Of a DNA stretch of 64,000 nucleotides, positions 62,060-64,000 are shown piece by piece. The notes beneath the pieces were generated by a model that was given only the letters and a program-made list of their open reading frames with translations, did no database searches and had not been told where the DNA came from. The first letter of the stretch is position 1. Every line of letters begins with the position of its first letter. The position numbers and the translations under genes were made by a program. The DNA is from Zancudomyces culisetae HAW-14-8. Taxonomy: Eukaryota > Fungi > Kickxellomycota. The DNA lies in the NCBI GenBank assembly GCA_052426225.1, contig JBNJNM010000009.1:496001-560000 (forward strand). Direction: 5' to 3'.

Positions 62060-64000
62060 TGTTATATAGTGGCTAGAGCTACCTCTAGTCATTATATAAT
62101 TTTAACTTACCAATTACATATTTATTTCTATATATTAATATTTAGGTTTATCAATTAATATAAGTTAATATTTATTATAGGTTATTTAGTATATTATGTG
62201 TTGCCTAGTTTTTTTTAGCCTTCTGGATTTTTTCTACAGCAACATCCTAGATTATTATTAATAATTAGTATAGTTTTAAGTTTAAAATATATTTAGGTTT
62301 TAAGTTTAATAGTTGTTTTAAAAAAGTATAAATATGATAGTTATTCAGATAGTTTAAACATCATCAAATAAACACGTAAAATACAAGTTTGGTCTATTTA
62401 TTAAAGTTATAGTTAATATAGTGAAAACTTAACAACATTAGTACATAGTATAGTTTTTCTATCAAATAAATATATTTTTTACACAATAGCGAACTGGAAC
62501 CTGGAATTCGCTAACAGTGGCGTCAGCGACAGGATATCGGAAGTATCCTGATATTTTAGTAACTGAATTAATGTACAAAATGAATACTCCTACTGTATTT
62601 GTTGCAAGTAATGGTTTAGAGCCAGATGAGTGGTTGGAAGAGTTCTGCCTTATGGCTAAGTTAAATAAATGGGATTCAGAGGACTATACCGATCTGGTCA
62701 AGCTATACTTGGGCAACAACGAAAAGATGTGGTATAAAAAGAATAAATCATCTTTTACAAGTTGGGAAAGTTTTGCTACATTATTTAAGAAGAAATTTAA
62801 ACAAGTAAAACCAAAATCGCAAATCTGGGAACGCCTCCGTTCAATTAAACAAATTGATTTCGATACTATTAAAGAATTCGAACTTGAATTAGTAGCTTTG
62901 TTTCAAAGTGCCGAGATATCGGATGAGAAGATCCGTACTGACTGGCTTATTAGTACACTTAAACCAGAGCACAAGAAGATTGTAGAGGAAGAGCAACTGA
63001 GTGAGTGGGATAAATTAATAACAAGGGTGATAACAGAGGAACAATCGTTGCGCACAAACCAAAGGAGAAGCAAGCTATCAGAAGTGGATCCTAAGCAAAA
63101 GGAATACAATCGCAATGCAGCGAGCAAGTCTGGAAAAAACGTTAAAGACTTAGTAAAGGACCAGAAACCTTATGGTCAATTTTTGAAGAAGTTTGATGAG
63201 ATGAGTGTGAATTTGTTAAATAAAGTCGAGGAGGTTGTAGACAAAAAGTTAAAAGAAGCAGAAATAATCAAACAACGTAGTTTCGGACCAAGAAAATTGA
63301 TATGTTATAACTGTCAACAGGAGGGGCATACAAGAAATGATTGTCCCCAGTTAGTCAAAAAACCTAAACCATACGTTCAACCTGAAGATGTGGCTAAGAC
63401 AATTAACTATATTCAAATTTCAGATGATGTAGAACCAATTCAACAAGATATATTTTCCGTCGAAAAGCGTAAATCCACCACTGAACAGGATAACGATGCA
63501 CCTAGAAGAGTTGGAAGACCTCGATTACAAGAACAAGCACAAGTTCGCAATACCAGGGTTGAAAATCAACAAGGTAGTTTAGGGGCAGAAAATATTCAGG
63601 CAACGGTTGGTAGAACGGTAAAAGAGTACGCTAAACCATTTTCGCTGATCGAGGAGCTAGAGAAGATGTCTCTTAAGGTGAATGTATTGCAGCTTTTGGA
63701 CTGTTCGACTACAATGTCTAAAGAATTAATCGAGTATATTAATAAACAAAAATTACCTGAGGTTAACGAACTAGATGTTGAAGAAAAAAGGTTATCAAAC
63801 TGTAAAGCACTAGTTAAGGTGTTTGGGCAGAACCTCTGGGCAGTTGTGGATACTGGCGCAGCATGTTCTGTGGTTTCCTCAAGTTTAATAGAGGAATGGG
63901 ACCTAGAACTAGATACATATAATAAACAAACTATAGTTACTGCAGACGGAAAACGTCATACCACGTTGGGTAAGGTGACTGACATACCATTAAAAATATC
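62060..64000 (+). mobile_element. Duplicated 5' part of the tRNA-Ser-primed gypsy element (LTR 62060-62516, PBS from 62518)
   Basis: Inverted copy of 44905-46844. Confidence 0.93.
62571..64000 (+). CDS. Gag-protease, open to the window end (absent from the ORF track)
   Basis: MYKMNTPTVF...; near-identical to the ORF starting at 46334 on minus. Confidence 0.85.
   Translation, partial: MYKMNTPTVFVASNGLEPDEWLEEFCLMAKLNKWDSEDYTDLVKLYLGNNEKMWYKKNKSSFTSWESFATLFKKKFKQVKPKSQIWERLRSIKQIDFDTIKEFELELVALFQSAEISDEKIRTDWLISTLKPEHKKIVEEEQLSEWDKLITRVITEEQSLRTNQRRSKLSEVDPKQKEYNRNAASKSGKNVKDLVKDQKPYGQFLKKFDEMSVNLLNKVEEVVDKKLKEAEIIKQRSFGPRKLICYNCQQEGHTRNDCPQLVKKPKPYVQPEDVAKTINYIQISDDVEPIQQDIFSVEKRKSTTEQDNDAPRRVGRPRLQEQAQVRNTRVENQQGSLGAENIQATVGRTVKEYAKPFSLIEELEKMSLKVNVLQLLDCSTTMSKELIEYINKQKLPEVNELDVEEKRLSNCKALVKVFGQNLWAVVDTGAACSVVSSSLIEEWDLELDTYNKQTIVTADGKRHTTLGKVTDIPLKI

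Larger units (their letters stand above)
58921..64000 (-). repeat. Right arm of the large inverted duplication; runs off the window
   Basis: Reverse complement of 44905-49986. Confidence 0.95.

Noticed and set aside
2382-63127. Many short antisense or alternate-frame ORFs in the track
   Set aside because: They are shadows of gag-pol or transposase frames, or AT-rich LTR sequence, with no domain evidence.

Overview
Very AT-rich eukaryotic DNA; a fungus is my inference from the Tf1/sushi-type chromoviruses, but I have not verified the organism. I see no host protein-coding genes. The window holds five tRNA genes in three loci: His(GUG) on minus, a Pro(UGG)-Cys(GCA) tandem on plus, and a Ser(UGA)-Gly(GCC) tandem on minus. 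It also holds five full-length Ty3/gypsy LTR retrotransposons (one with an intact gag-pol ORF), further gypsy remnants, three Tc1-like DD34E transposons and a >=5 kb inverted duplication. Main observation: most of the apparently featureless AT-rich DNA is head-to-tail stacks of 220-780 bp TG...CA modules (solo LTRs of many families) growing outward from the 5' end of each tRNA locus. Their 4-bp target-site duplications (TSDs) chain together, so the stack can be peeled back one insertion at a time (11 consecutive events at tRNA-His, each 4-10 bp from the tRNA). The result is a polarised, time-ordered insertion record. Two full-length members of this tRNA-targeting, 4-bp-TSD group share an integrase C-terminal motif, and one sits beside a gene for the tRNA that matches its primer-binding site (PBS). 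Elements with 5-bp TSDs insert inside the modules instead.
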